Below are positions 24,001 to 36,662 of a stretch of 64,000 nucleotides of DNA, in pieces. The position numbers and the translations under genes are program-made. Origin of the DNA: Eledone cirrhosa. Lineage: Eukaryota. Numbering within the stretch: position 1 is the first letter of the stretch; the number at the start of each line of letters is the position of its first letter. The stretch spans positions 47,182,001-47,246,000 of the forward strand of contig OZ024746.1 of the NCBI GenBank assembly GCA_964016885.1. The letters are read 5' to 3'. The notes below the pieces were generated by a model, which had not been told where the DNA came from, searched no databases, and saw only the letters and a program-made list of their open reading frames with translations.

Positions 24001-26019
24001 TTGTTTGTGATGATAATGTTTTTGAGAATTATGTTAGTCTTGTGTATTTTCTTTTGGTTCTGTTTGGAGTTCTGGATCTTAGGGAGGGTGTCTCTTTGCC
24101 CCATGTCAGATTCTTTCATTTTCATCCATTCGATCATAATTTTATCCCTCAAGTTGGCAAGTTCATTCTCATTCATTTCTTTATCAGTTACGATCTCATT
24201 ATTTTCATTTTGAGTTTCATCTTGAGCATGCACTCCCTCCACTTTTTCGATCCTTTCTTTAATTTGTTCTGTTGTCAGTGATTCCGCCCCAACCCTGGGA
24301 TTCGAAGTGTTACAATTTACCTCGTTTTCACTGACACATGTTTCATTTTCCCTTTGCTGACTTTGTGCTAATAGCTTGATCTGATCAATTTCTATATCAG
24401 TTAGTAACTTTTTTTTTACAATATTTCTTCGTATATTGGCTAGTTTGTTACTGTCAATATAGCCTCTGTTTTCGGGATGTTTCTTATCCAGTTGATATAT
24501 GTCTGTTCTGTATTCGATGTATTTGATGGGTAGTGCATGGCAGTGTAGAAAGCCTCAAGGACTTCTTTATTATCTTCCCTTGACCATTTTTCTCTCTTTT
24601 TCTTTGGATTTCTTGGTGGTCAGCATGGAGGGTCAACAGTAGGAGTATTCCGGTTATGGGAGGTCTCCAGCTCCGAAGTGATGGGAAGGTTTGAACCATT
24701 AGCTGATTTTTCGACCCCAGTCTGGTTCCTCTCTGAGGGACGCGGCCCTTTTTGACCCGGGTGACGGCCGATACGGTATGAGATTTTATCATTAGACATT
24801 TACTTTATTTTGTCGCGTTTTATCCTTATCCGCCAAGGGGTAATCATTTCGTGTTACCACTTCTAGAACGAGTTTCAACCAAGACTAGAGGAGTCGTCCT
24901 CCCCTAGAGACACGGCTATTCCCTGCCGGCCGCCATCCCGGTATTTCTTGGTCACGGGGTTTTCTTTTTTGTTGTTTTTTTAAATTGTTATTATCATGAG
25001 TGGTTCCTTAATGTGAGCATTGCGTGGCTTAAGAATGAAATTATTAATAATTGTCTCCACTCCAGGCGCAAGGCCAACAATCACCCAGTGCATTACAATG
25101 ATATAATATACTTTTTGCTGAAGTTGCCTTTTATTGTTGTTGGCTATGTCGGTGGTGGTGTTGGGGCTTTTTATATTGTTGGGTAGGAAGTGTCATAGTT
25201 GTTGACGTTTGGCCGGTGGCCGGGTCACTAAGTCAATCTATTTATATCTTTTGCTAGCCTCTCCCTTGTCTAGTGATACCGCCACCTTCCCCTTTCTTAA
25301 GTTAACAGGGGAATAGTGGTGGTAGCAATGAAGGAGTGGTGTCGGCGGTGATGGGATAGTGGTAGCAATGATGGACGGAGTGGTGGCGGCGGTGGCGTTG
25401 TCGTTACTGAGTTTTGTTAAATGGACTATTTTTTTTTATATGTAGTATCTATGCGTTTGTGACGCGTATGTTTAATATATGTGTTGAATAGACTAGTTTT
25501 GTTTGATCTGTAGTATCTATGCGTTTGTGTCGCGTATGTTTAATATATGTGTTGACATATTCTCTTAATATTGGAATTAAACATTTTGTTAAAACTTGAG
25601 GTAATAATAATTGTAATTATTATTATGATGCTGGGATTGGTGGTGGTGGTTGTGAAATTGCCGTTTTCTGGCTGTTGTATTTAGTGTACACATCGGGGTG
25701 ATGGGGTAGGTGGTGTATCAAGTTTCTGGTGTTGGTGAAATTACTGTTATTTGGCTGTTCTATATAGTGTAGACAGAGGGGGTTTCTTCCATTTATAACC
25801 ATTTTCTTTTTCGAATATAAAATATATAATGCAAAATTGAGTATTTGAGCGATATAACAATATATTATGGATCCGAATTTTTATGAGACTTGATTCGGTG
25901 ATTTATGCATCATTTGTACTAAGAATTGTTATTTCACAATTGATTTAAATATGTTAAAAATCAAAAACTTACGGGAGCGATTTCATGACCTTCTACCACC
26001 ACGTGCGTCTTCTTCCCTT
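21006..26019 (-). mobile_element. Full-length family B copy B3 (disabled ORF ~21151-24799)
   Basis: ATG at 24799; stops and frameshifts; same 5' terminus as A1, A2 and B1; followed by (TTA)n. Confidence 0.93.
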
Positions 26020-26034
26020 CTTCTTATTATTATC

Positions 26035-26074
<40 letters not shown>

Positions 26075-26857
26075 GCTCAGTTTCTGGATCTTCAGATGTT
26101 TAATATTTTGTATCAGATAATCGAAATTGCCCTCATTCACCAACTCTTTTTTTATTCTATCGACAAATTTCATTCTGCTTTAAAATCCTTTCGTTTCTGA
26201 AAGATACAGTCCGTTTGGCTAGGTTCTGGCTACTTGATTCTGGTCTCTTTAATTCTAGTTACTAACTTTTTCATTCTTTTCTTATGTTCAGTTTGACATG
26301 GACACTTTTTCAACTTCAAAGAACTGTGAGTAGTTCCACTTCATTGCATCCTCGTTTATGTAAAGTAATCATTGTTGCTTGCTATTTCCGCCTTCATACA
26401 CACAAAACACTGTTATCGCGATCTTCTATTCAGAAGTTATCGATCTACGAAGCTTACCCCAAGAAATAAACCACAATTGTTCACTGTATTTATCCATTGC
26501 TTGCTTCGTTGCTTTACTGATATCGATTACCTCTAACACTATCGTATAGAATGTTTCCCAAAACAATCAAGAGCATAACCACTGTATCGCGAGTAAAGTT
26601 CTCAATATCAGTATAACCATAATCTTTATGAACACCACTACAATTTTCCTTATCCTTTTCCCCGTTACACTTTCTTACTTTATATGGTGACTGCTATTAT
26701 TATCTTTATATAAGGCTGTGCATTTATTGACATGTTCATTACTTGAGTATATTGCCATCCACAATCGTCGTCACAATAATCACAACCATAATCAGCATCG
26801 TCATTATAAGTTCTATTTTACATTTTTAGACTATTGCTCCATATGTTTTCATATTGC

Positions 26858-26895
<38 letters not shown>

Positions 26896-26900
26896 TTAAT

Positions 26901-27064
26901 GGTTTCCGATGTAGGCACAAGACAAGCAATTTTAGGGGAGGGGAAGTCGATTAAATCGACCACAGTTGATTACTGGTACTTTATTTTATCGACCCCGTAA
27001 GGATGAAAGTTAAAGCCAACTTCGGTGGGATTTGAACTCAGAACGTAAAGGGCCGTAAGTAAAT
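26901..27064 (-). mobile_element. SINE S1-related, 5'-truncated
   Basis: Reverse complement of B-box and GGGGTCGATAAAATAAAGTACCAG core; (AAT)n at 26861-26893 is its tail. Confidence 0.8.
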
Positions 27065-27065
27065 T

Positions 27066-27750
27066 CCCCACTTTGTAAGTGAAACAATAAACCACATTAT
27101 TAGAGAATGTAAGATGTGTGCTTGTACAGAAAGAGTACAAGAAAAGGCATGACAACATTGCCAGATTTGGTCACTGCTCATGTCATAAGTATGACATGAG
27201 CAGAAGTGAGAAATGGTATGAGCGCCAGTCGAAAAGGTTTGCTGAAAACGAACAATAAGATCTTGTAGGACATGGCCATCCAGTGCGACCATTTTATCGT
27301 GGCTAGAAAACCTGATATTGTGGATAGTGCTTCACCGTGGGACTACAGAGTGAATGAGAAGAAAATTGATAAAGTTAAGAAATATCGGGAGCTGAAGAAG
27401 ATAATCGGGAAACTATGGCGAATCAGAGACGTAGAAGTGCTACTGAGTGTGATTGGCGCACTGGGAGCAGTTATTAAAATGTTACATGCATAGTTTGACA
27501 ATCTAGATTGTTGCAGAAAACAGCCTTGCTGGGAACAGATTCTATGGCGGGTGCTAGAAAGATAAAGGAGAAGGAATGACCCAAAAGAGTTTGGCCATTG
27601 ACAGCGTCGGTATAACATCTTCCCGATAATACTGAAAAGAATGAAACAAAATCATGATACCTAAGACCACTGGGTCACTTTCTTGACTAAACCAAGAAAC
27701 AAGAGAAATCATGATGGAGGATATGATAATAATAATAATAATGATAATAA
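27066..27750 (+). pseudogene. Old R4/Dong 3' fragment (third family)
   Basis: Degenerate ETINHIIREC, KRHDN, KWYE, RKPDIV, VIGALG, QKTALLGT; ends in (TAA)n. Confidence 0.8.
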
Positions 27751-27948
27751 TATCATGATCGTTATTATTCTAAGCTAGAGATTAAAGAAATTATGTCTGA
27801 CAAACTGCTTTTTAATATGAGTTTTATCATGTTTGACTCCGATAAAAGAAAACCAGGCTATTAGTTGAATCACCACAATCTATTATACCCGCCCTGAATT
27901 GAATGGCATTGTATCAATGATGGGAATCATTAGCAGTAATATAATTAT

Positions 27949-28160
27949 GGATTGGCGATATCATCAGAAAGTCAAACAAAGTGCTTTCCAGTATTTAGTT
28001 ACGACATTCTACGCTCTAAGTTCAAATCCCATCGACTTCAGCATTGCTTTTCATCCTTTCGAGGTCGATAAAATAATTACTAGTCAAGTACTGTGGCTGG
28101 TATAATCGGCTTTCCCCTTACCCAGATTGTCAGCCTGGTGCCAACATTACAAAGAATTAT
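27949..28160 (+). mobile_element. Degenerate SINE S1-related copy
   Basis: GATTGGC head, AGTTCAAATCCC, CATCCTTTCGAGGTCGATAAAATAA. Confidence 0.7.
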
Positions 28161-28275
28161 TAGTTGCTGCATTTATTGTTGTTATTATTATTGTTGTTGT
28201 AGCTAGTGTTAATAAATGGAAGTAACAATAGAAATGCCACAAAGAATTTAATTACAGTTGCCTCGTCTTGTGCTT

Positions 28276-28276
<1 letters not shown>

Positions 28277-28369
<93 letters not shown>

Positions 28370-28436
28370 CAGCAGCAGCAGCAGCAGCAGCAGTAGCTGC
28401 AGTAGTAATAGTAGTAGTAGTAGTAGTAGTAGTAGC

Positions 28437-28468
<32 letters not shown>

Positions 28469-28505
28469 CAGCAGCATCAACAGCAGCAGTAATAGCCGCA
28501 GCACC

Positions 28506-28537
<32 letters not shown>

Positions 28538-28566
28538 CAGCAGTATTAGTAGTAGTAGTAGTAGTA
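28277..28566. repeat. Compound (AGT)n/(AGC)n microsatellite
   Basis: Seen directly. Confidence 0.95.
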
Positions 28567-31500
28567 AGTTAATTAAAGTGACAATCAGGCGACAGGGCCT
28601 TTATACTAGTGGCTTCAACAATGGACAAAACAATAAGCTGCTGCTTTTATCGATTATTTCGATATCAGCATTGCTGTGACACTGACTGACGTTATTGGAA
28701 ATAAACAAATGCTGAGGCAGTATTTGCCGCACAGACTGCTGCTGCTGCAAATGATTAGGAATAGCCACATTACTAATAGAATTCCCTTTCAGACAGCGTA
28801 TGGTCAGTATTTGTAGTAGAAGAATAAATCACAAAAGAATTACGAAAGACGCTAAACCTAAACAGAAATGGAATTAGAAGATAGTGATGCAAAACTAAAT
28901 ATTTCGTGGCAACTTGATTTTGCTGGCAACTTTCTCATAGCTAGTCTCTCAAACTGTACTACATTATATTGATTTTTGTTTCATTATAATGAAGGAAATT
29001 TCACATAAAAACATTTCTTTTAGGAATTTTAGGAAAGGAGAAATAGGCATATTTTGGCATTCAATATTTTCCTAAGATTATCCTTGAGAATAACAATAAA
29101 TTGCACAATCGTATATCTTCATAGCTATAAAGTTGATACATTGTCGCTGTGTGCACAATTAATATTACTAGATAGTTGTACTAAATGTGGAATGGATATT
29201 AGATTAGTTGATTAGCAAACTCGGTAAAGTGACTGATAATATACCTTGCTGTATTTAGCAGAAGTCGATTAACTCTGAGATCGATTGTGCATTTAAAACT
29301 TCCAATGTCAATAAAATATATACACGGTAAGTAATAGTGACGATATAATAGACTATTGCCTCCACAGTAACAGGAATTGTGTGAGATTATGCCTATGTAA
29401 GAAATCAATATCATTGACGTTAACAGTAGACACTCACAAAGGCCAACAACGAGACGGTTAGGTACTGTTTCGTTCTCGTTTTGAAGAGATTAATTCTTAT
29501 GGTCTTTAACTGCGATCAGTAGGGAAAGTTAAAATTCACTCCATCCACAAGCGTTAAATTGACTTATATATGTGTAAAGCAATATTAAATGCTATAAATG
29601 CAATGATGAATTAATTTAGTGGGGTTACTAGTGGCAATATCTACACGTACGCAGCAACGAAGGAGCTGGAATTCAAATATCAGTACTAAGTAAGACATAA
29701 ACAGTTTCGATGTTGGTGTTTTATCCATGCAACAAACCAATGCAACAAAATATAGACTTCAAATGACTACTCAGCCTGCTGTAAATAAAATTCGAATCCC
29801 TCTCAAGCCATGCATCTTTATCATTAAATAAAGGGAAATTAATTGTCTAGCATTCCCGTATTTTTCGTGGCATTTGTTGCTGTAAATAAAATAGGGTAGC
29901 AGCAACAGGATGAAGATTTTCCCACAGCTTATTCTACTTTCAGCTCCTGAACACAGTGTAAAAAACTTTTTTAGTCACAAATCCATGAATTTTATGATAT
30001 TTAATGATTTTAAGTGACATAGATAGATATGTTTCTGGTGAGATGTATGATACAAAATGCGTGAAATTTATTTCGGCTCGAGATTTATGCAGCAACATTT
30101 TTTATTCTTTTAATAAGACCAAATGCAATGTCATTTAGTATTGCCTTGAGAGGATTGTAACAAATTCAAATATGAATCGAAATTCATAGTCTCTATACAT
30201 CAAAATCTTATTTCTAATTTTAATATATCTTCTCTTAGTTTTTAACTGGATATATGGCCCTATATTTTAATTTATGATGTCAGAACATGTGTGCAGCCCA
30301 TGATTGAAATAGATTCAACCAAGAATTGAAACTGCATGAAGGTTTTGTGACCGAATGTTTAGCGTTTGGAGTACAGCACATGCCAAAGACTATCCATCAA
30401 TATTGAAATTAACAAAGAGCGATAGAGATTTTCCAGGGGATAAATTGTCGTTTTAAAGGTTTTATATATTGATATCAAATGGATTAAGCAGAAAACTTTA
30501 AGCACTCACATCAAAGATATTGTTAACACGATGACAAATGGATTTCTTTTATCAAATAAATAAAACTTTCATCTTTGAAAGTATACAAAATCATTATGAA
30601 GACGGTCTTTTTCGTGTTGCATGAAAGATAACATGAATATTATCACCAGGTGTATTGTCTTGCTTTGGTAGTAGATCACCAATTATGCAACATGGTTCAG
30701 TCTTGTTTTATCTCTTGAGGAAGCACATGGGTGTTAAAACTCCCTGCCACAATACTTGTATTTCAAACATTCCTTTGAAAATGTCCTTTTCAAAGAATCC
30801 AATAAGGTTGCCTCTACACAGTCGCTGTAACCATTATAATTTGCAATATAATCTTCCTTCAAATCATGATCTTAAAATATTTATGAAAATTTCTGTTTTA
30901 GGAATATCAATTTTTAAACTGTTTTTAAAAACCTGAATACAGCATAAAACTTTCATAATCATATACAATTATAAATAACTGTAACGAATATGATTCAGAT
31001 GTTTGGTTCTATGCTAAAATAGTTAGCACTATGCGAAATTAAAACTTCCAATCCCAAGTTTAGATTTTGGTAAAGATTAATAAGAATGATATTTTTTCTA
31101 TGAGTGACTGTGGAAATTTGAACATAGATCGTTGGAACAACAGTTCTGAAATGCTAACCGATACCTTTTCAAATAAAGTGCCTTACAACGTAGATCTCTA
31201 CAGATTGTGTTACATTTAGTATTCTACTTGAAATCCTTTTAGTGGTGATATAGAAAAACATGCTGTTGGAAAAAGAGCTGACAAAGCTGGTGGCCATCAT
31301 GGATGTTTTCCTCATGAATTTGTTTTTATGTTGAGTTGTTTTGTAACAAGTATCTAAAATTTCAAGTTGGGGAATAACATTAAATTATTCTCAACTGACA
31401 TCGACTATTATTATTTTTCTGTTACCACAGATGTCATCATATAGCAGGTTTTTAATGTTACAGGCATTAAATTATGCATGGCGTCTCAAAACTATTTAAT

Positions 31501-31860
31501 TTTCAAAACTGTCTCTTTTCCTATGGCAATACAAATATATTTATGTGTATTTACATAGGAATTTGGATGCTAACACTTTTGAATAAATTACATTTCTGCT
31601 GAGAAACATGGATGTCAAGGAAAACTGAAATGAATATGTTCGGTAGAGGGTCTGACGCCATGCTTTGCAGCAAAGAGGTACGACTCTTTATGGTCTGTGT
31701 TCAAAAGGCAGACATATTTAATTTGTGTATAAACATGAATGAATGTAGACTTTATATAGATTGTTCCTTTAGGTATATACCGTTTGATTTAATTTGGTAA
31801 ACATATCATTTACTTGTATTATATTTGTTCCAAAATAGAAATTATTATTTTACAGAGAAA

Positions 31861-32232
31861 GGTGGATTGGCAGTATTGGTAGAGGGTCGGACGCTATTCT
31901 TTGACGCATAGAGTTACGGCCCTTGCCATTCTGAGTTCGAGGTTAACTTTGCCTTTCATCCTTACGGGGTCGATAAAATAAAGTACCAGTAATGCACTGG
32001 GTAATTGCTGGCCTTGTGCTAAAAAGTAGAAACAATTATTTTACAGAGAAAGGACAGTGGATTGGCAGTATCGGTAGGGGTCCGACACCTTGCTTTGCAG
32101 CATAGAGTTACTCCCCTTTACGGTCTCAGTTCAAATTCCGCCGAGGTTAACTTTGCCTTTCATCCTTACGGGGTCGATAAAATAAACACTGGAATAATTT
32201 CTGGCCTTGTGCCAAAAGTAGAAACAATTATT
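31861..32232 (+). mobile_element. Two tandem SINE S1 copies (31861-32035, 32057-32227)
   Basis: Both have A/B boxes and the GGCCTTGTGC tail; each is preceded by ATTATTTTACAGAGAAAGG. Confidence 0.85.
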
Positions 32233-33879
32233 ACAGAGGAATCTCCTTGTTAAGCCTCCCCGGTAGTGTCTATGCTACGTGCCTGGTAGATTGTCGAGTT
32301 CAGATTAGATTATCAAAAGTGTAGTTTTCGCTCCGAATGCAGCACAGACGACCATGAGAAGAAGAAGAAGAAGAAGAAGAATCTTCTTCGACATAAAAAA
32401 CAGATATTAGTCTCAAGCGGTCTACCGGTGTTGTATAACAAACTACATTTTCAACACTTTATCGTGAAACACAAACCTTAGAATGGTGGTTGACAACAAC
32501 TATAATAAAGTATCTTCGTTTTACTCAGTTCAATGTAATATAACATTGAAAAGAGAAATTATATGACTTTTTTTATTGGAGATTACATAGATTTTTTTTT
32601 TCATTTTTGTTTTGGAAAATTGTTTTGGTTTATTGCTAAATTTATTCTTTATGCTCTTTATTACATGCATTTTTATAATATTATCATATTATTAAGGGTT
32701 AATATGTTATTTCATATATTGATTCTAACAGATGAATATCAAACTCAGCAGCTATGCGCACGCAAATACTTATTGTATTATGATTAATCACTTAAATGCT
32801 GTCAGAACTTCGCCGTTATATAATTACGTAGCAATTCACATAAAGTGTTTTATAACTACTGCATATAAGCTAATTACTAAGAAATGTGTATAACCACAGT
32901 AAATATTTTCCAGCAGAATGTTTTAAGCTTGGTACGGATACACCTTGAGTATTTCGTTTTTTTTAAATCACCGATTATATAGACTAACTGATAGAATTAA
33001 AAACTCATATATATCTCCATAATAATTAAGCTGATTATCGATTACTATAGTGAACTAATTTAAAATCCGACTAAAAGTGTTTATTTGCTAGAGGGAAAAT
33101 AATAATTTCAACATCCATAAATAATTTCGGAAGCAAATTTGTATTATCCAAATGTTTCTGCTGCCACGAATGTAATGAGGGAATTGATGTGATATGAGAG
33201 ATGGATAAGTATGAGTATGAATAAAGGACATAGTTCCATACCAGTGTGGTTTTTAGCATTTATTTGCTTACGAGATAGTCGCAGCAAAAGGTCGGTATAG
33301 ATTATACACAAACTTTAAAAGGAGGACCAATAATTCACCATTTATCCCTCATAAAACTGCGGGAAAATTTAATAATTGAACAAATGCCCTAAATTACTTT
33401 AAAGAACGTGGAAATAGCCCCCTACAGAAATGGACAACATATGTGTACAGATCAAAAGTTGCACCAATCGTTATGTTAAAATGAAAACTTACTTTCAGAA
33501 AGATATCACTGTTAAGGACTAAACGCTAGCGTAGTATAAGTAAATAGGATATAGTGTGTAATATAGAAAGAAAGATCTTGAAAAAGATGATTTCAGAACT
33601 TGAAGAATTGACATTCGTTTCTATTAATTTGTGAGTGCGCGTATCACATTTGAAATGTTATATGCCTCTTCACATATGATAGAAAAATGCTACAATTTAA
33701 TGACAGCAATTGCGACACCAATTTTGAAATAACGGAAAACTTCAATAGATGCAGGCTTTCCATACAAGAGTAGGTTTTAGCTGATTTATTTGGCTATATA
33801 AATGAGATCAATGATAAAACAAACAATGTTGAGTTATTTTTCCATGATGAGTTTTCTATAAAATATTTAATCAAAATGA

Positions 33880-34032
33880 GTGTGGCGGGGAAAGGCGTGA
33901 AATTGCGTTAGACTACTCGGGGGAGGGGGGGGGGGGTATTTCGAAGGGGAAAACCTGGAGTTTGTAATTTGGATTTTAAATATTTCTTGTGTCTCCAGTC
34001 CTGTTTCTTTTTTCTGGCACACCCCGTGTATA
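33880..34032 (+). mobile_element. Probable Tc1/mariner right-end remnant
   Basis: C-terminal CV..G.YFEGE-like codons followed by a TIR-like end (..GGCACACCCCGTGTA) running into (TA)n. Confidence 0.5.
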
Positions 34033-34045
34033 CATGTATGTATGC

Positions 34046-34085
<40 letters not shown>

Positions 34086-34722
34086 ATATATGTATATATA
34101 TATATATATATATAGCTTAGTAAAGTCGAAGCTTTGGCTGTGGGCAAGCAAAGTCGACCTACAATAGGAATGAGCTAGCAAACCACTCAATAAGGGTAAG
34201 TCCTTAGAGTAATAACATACGTTTAAATAGCTTGACAAATTGAACATTGTGGTAGGCAAAACCCAACCACACAATAGCAAAGTAACGAAAGAATTAACAA
34301 GTTAAAAGATACACCTGGACAAATTAAACGATATACGTCTAAAGTGTTTCTATGATTCCGAAATCATTTATCCAACTTACGTAACACGCACGCTTGTGGT
34401 ATTCCATGATATATATTTATATATTACCTATTGAGTACGCTGAAATGCAACCGGTACTAGCAGGGAAACTTTTGCTAGTTCCGTCAACTTATTATTATTA
34501 TTATTATTGACGAAAGTGGATGTACGTTTTTTGAAGCTCCGTGAGTAAGCAATTTTTTGAGGATTAATTGTAGAGAATTGTTTATTTTTTGTACCGCTGA
34601 AGCATTATAAGACATTAATTTGTATCCTGTGAAGGAATAACTCATAATATTTGGGCCTTTTGGCCCAAATATTTGAACTTTATTTTGAAAAAAAAAAATA
34701 ATAATTTTTTTCTCAAAAAAAC

Positions 34723-36633
34723 ATGGCGGAGCCACGCCCCCTAGAGGCGGGTCTGCTGTCGTGCAACGGCGACTTGAGCGTTGAGAGGAGAGGTGGGGCG
34801 AGGAGCGCCACCAGCACGAATGTGAGCAGCGACAGTGCCAGCACCAACGGGCCGAGCGGCGCGGAAGGTGGTAACAGCGACAACACCAACACCAACAAGC
34901 CGAACAGCGCAGAAGGTGGTAATAGCGAGAGCACCAACAAAACGAACAGCACAGAGAGTAATAGTAGCGACAGCAACAGCACCAACAAGGCCAACAGCAC
35001 AGAGGGTAACCACGACACAGGGGAGAACAACAACAGCAATAGCAGCAGCAACACCAACAAGAACAACAACAGTGACAACACCAACAAGAACACCTTCGCT
35101 GCTGTGGCAGCGGCTAAAAGGAGACCATGCTACAGCATCGACTTAACCAACAGAGAGGAAAAGTTGGCCCAGGCCTGGAAAATCATAAATCAAGAGCAGA
35201 CCTGGGCAAACTTAACTGTCCCGGCAGAAGCCATTGAGGCAGTGGAAAAAAGAACGGTGCATTTCAGATGCATCTCAGTAGAGACAAAGAGGGCAGCGAT
35301 AATCGCCCAAGCTGATATAGAAGCCGCACTGAAATACATCAGAGAGGACACAGACTTCATAGAGAGGGGCAGGCAATACGGCACCGTTTCGGTGCTGTTC
35401 AAGTCTGAAGCCCTCGCTGTGAAGCATTCAATGACCCCTTGCAAAACCAGCAAGGTTATAATGTACCCCTCCCACATGGGAAAACGAATAGCACGTGTGC
35501 GCATTCCCAGGATTCCACCAGGACTTGATATGTGGTGGCTCCTGGGTTGCGTAATCGTGGAAGGAACGGATACAGTCCCGGTAGAGGCAACGAGAACTGC
35601 CAGGGACGACTGGTCCGGGGTTGATCTGGAGATACTGCTCCAAATCAGACCCGAAAACGTAAAAGCAATCCCGGACCACATCCGCCTCCAAAACGGGAGG
35701 GTGTTGCATATAATGACTGAGGGCAAAAGGCCGCATTGTTTCCTTTGTGGGGAAACGACACACTTGCGAGCCTTCTGCCCTCAACTGCCGAAAAGCGCAA
35801 GGGGTCGAAAGATTCCACTGCTGGCGACGCCGGGACAAGGACCACCAGCAACACCGTCAACAATGGAACCACCAAAATTGCACACCCAGGGGGGAAACGA
35901 GGAAAGCTCACCCATTCCCCCTCCCCCCCAAAATACACACACGAACAAGAACATAAACACTCACTCAGACACAAACACGCTCACAGCCACAGACCCCTCA
36001 TCCTCCAGCAGTGAAGATGAGGGAAAACCAAAGTCCCCCAAAATACAAAAAACAAAACACAAAAAAAAAAGAAATCCACAAAGCACAAACACCCCCACAA
36101 AAAAAAATACACACACCACCCACACAAACATTTTCCCCACAGCATCACCAACACAACCACCAAAATCCCCCAAACGCAAACAAGCTAAACAGACACAAGA
36201 ACAAATAGACACACAAACATCAGAAACTACAGACACCCCACCCACAACAAACGCAGACACAATAGAAACAACACTAACAAAGCTATCACCACCACAATCA
36301 CACGAACAAATAAAACCCGAGCAACAAAACATTAAAAACTTCGTGCTTGCCAGAAGGGCCAACAAGGAATTGATGGCCCATGTAGCACGAAGCACAAACA
36401 TCGAAAAAGACGGGGAAACATTTGAAGCGAGCACATTTCGCGTACCAGATAATTTGCTTCTGATGCGAATGTCGCTCGCTTCATACAAAGAAATTCGAAA
36501 GAGCTTTCCTCGGGATGTGGGAACCCCGAACGTAAAACCCACGTCAAGACTATTAAAGGGGTTCCCAAAAGAAACCCCACAAACCATGGAGGTCGAACCA
36601 CCCGACCTTCACAAGACCCCGGAAGGTAAGTAA
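34723..36633 (+). CDS. ORF1, gag-like nucleic-acid-binding protein, 636 aa
   Basis: CCHC knuckle CFLCGETTHLRAFC; S/N/T-rich N-terminus; lies directly upstream of ORF2. Confidence 0.85.
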   Translation: MAEPRPLEAGLLSCNGDLSVERRGGARSATSTNVSSDSASTNGPSGAEGGNSDNTNTNKPNSAEGGNSESTNKTNSTESNSSDSNSTNKANSTEGNHDTGENNNSNSSSNTNKNNNSDNTNKNTFAAVAAAKRRPCYSIDLTNREEKLAQAWKIINQEQTWANLTVPAEAIEAVEKRTVHFRCISVETKRAAIIAQADIEAALKYIREDTDFIERGRQYGTVSVLFKSEALAVKHSMTPCKTSKVIMYPSHMGKRIARVRIPRIPPGLDMWWLLGCVIVEGTDTVPVEATRTARDDWSGVDLEILLQIRPENVKAIPDHIRLQNGRVLHIMTEGKRPHCFLCGETTHLRAFCPQLPKSARGRKIPLLATPGQGPPATPSTMEPPKLHTQGGNEESSPIPPPPQNTHTNKNINTHSDTNTLTATDPSSSSSEDEGKPKSPKIQKTKHKKKRNPQSTNTPTKKNTHTTHTNIFPTASPTQPPKSPKRKQAKQTQEQIDTQTSETTDTPPTTNADTIETTLTKLSPPQSHEQIKPEQQNIKNFVLARRANKELMAHVARSTNIEKDGETFEASTFRVPDNLLLMRMSLASYKEIRKSFPRDVGTPNVKPTSRLLKGFPKETPQTMEVEPPDLHKTPEGK

Positions 36634-36662
36634 ACCTTTCCTCTCCCATTCATCCTGCCAGC

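Noticed and set aside
1-26073. Telomeric retrotransposon array (HeT-A/TART or SART/TRAS-like)
   Set aside because: Spacers are (TAA)n with no TTAGGG-type repeats; chromosome position cannot be judged from this window.
28160-28679. Poly-Ser, poly-Leu and poly-Val ORFs
   Set aside because: Translations of an (AGT)/(AGC) microsatellite; no coding context.
28600-34480. Host gene exons in the AT-rich intervals (also 40.4-43.7 and 45.6-53.5 kb)
   Set aside because: No ORF with recognisable protein features; small exons cannot be excluded without RNA data.
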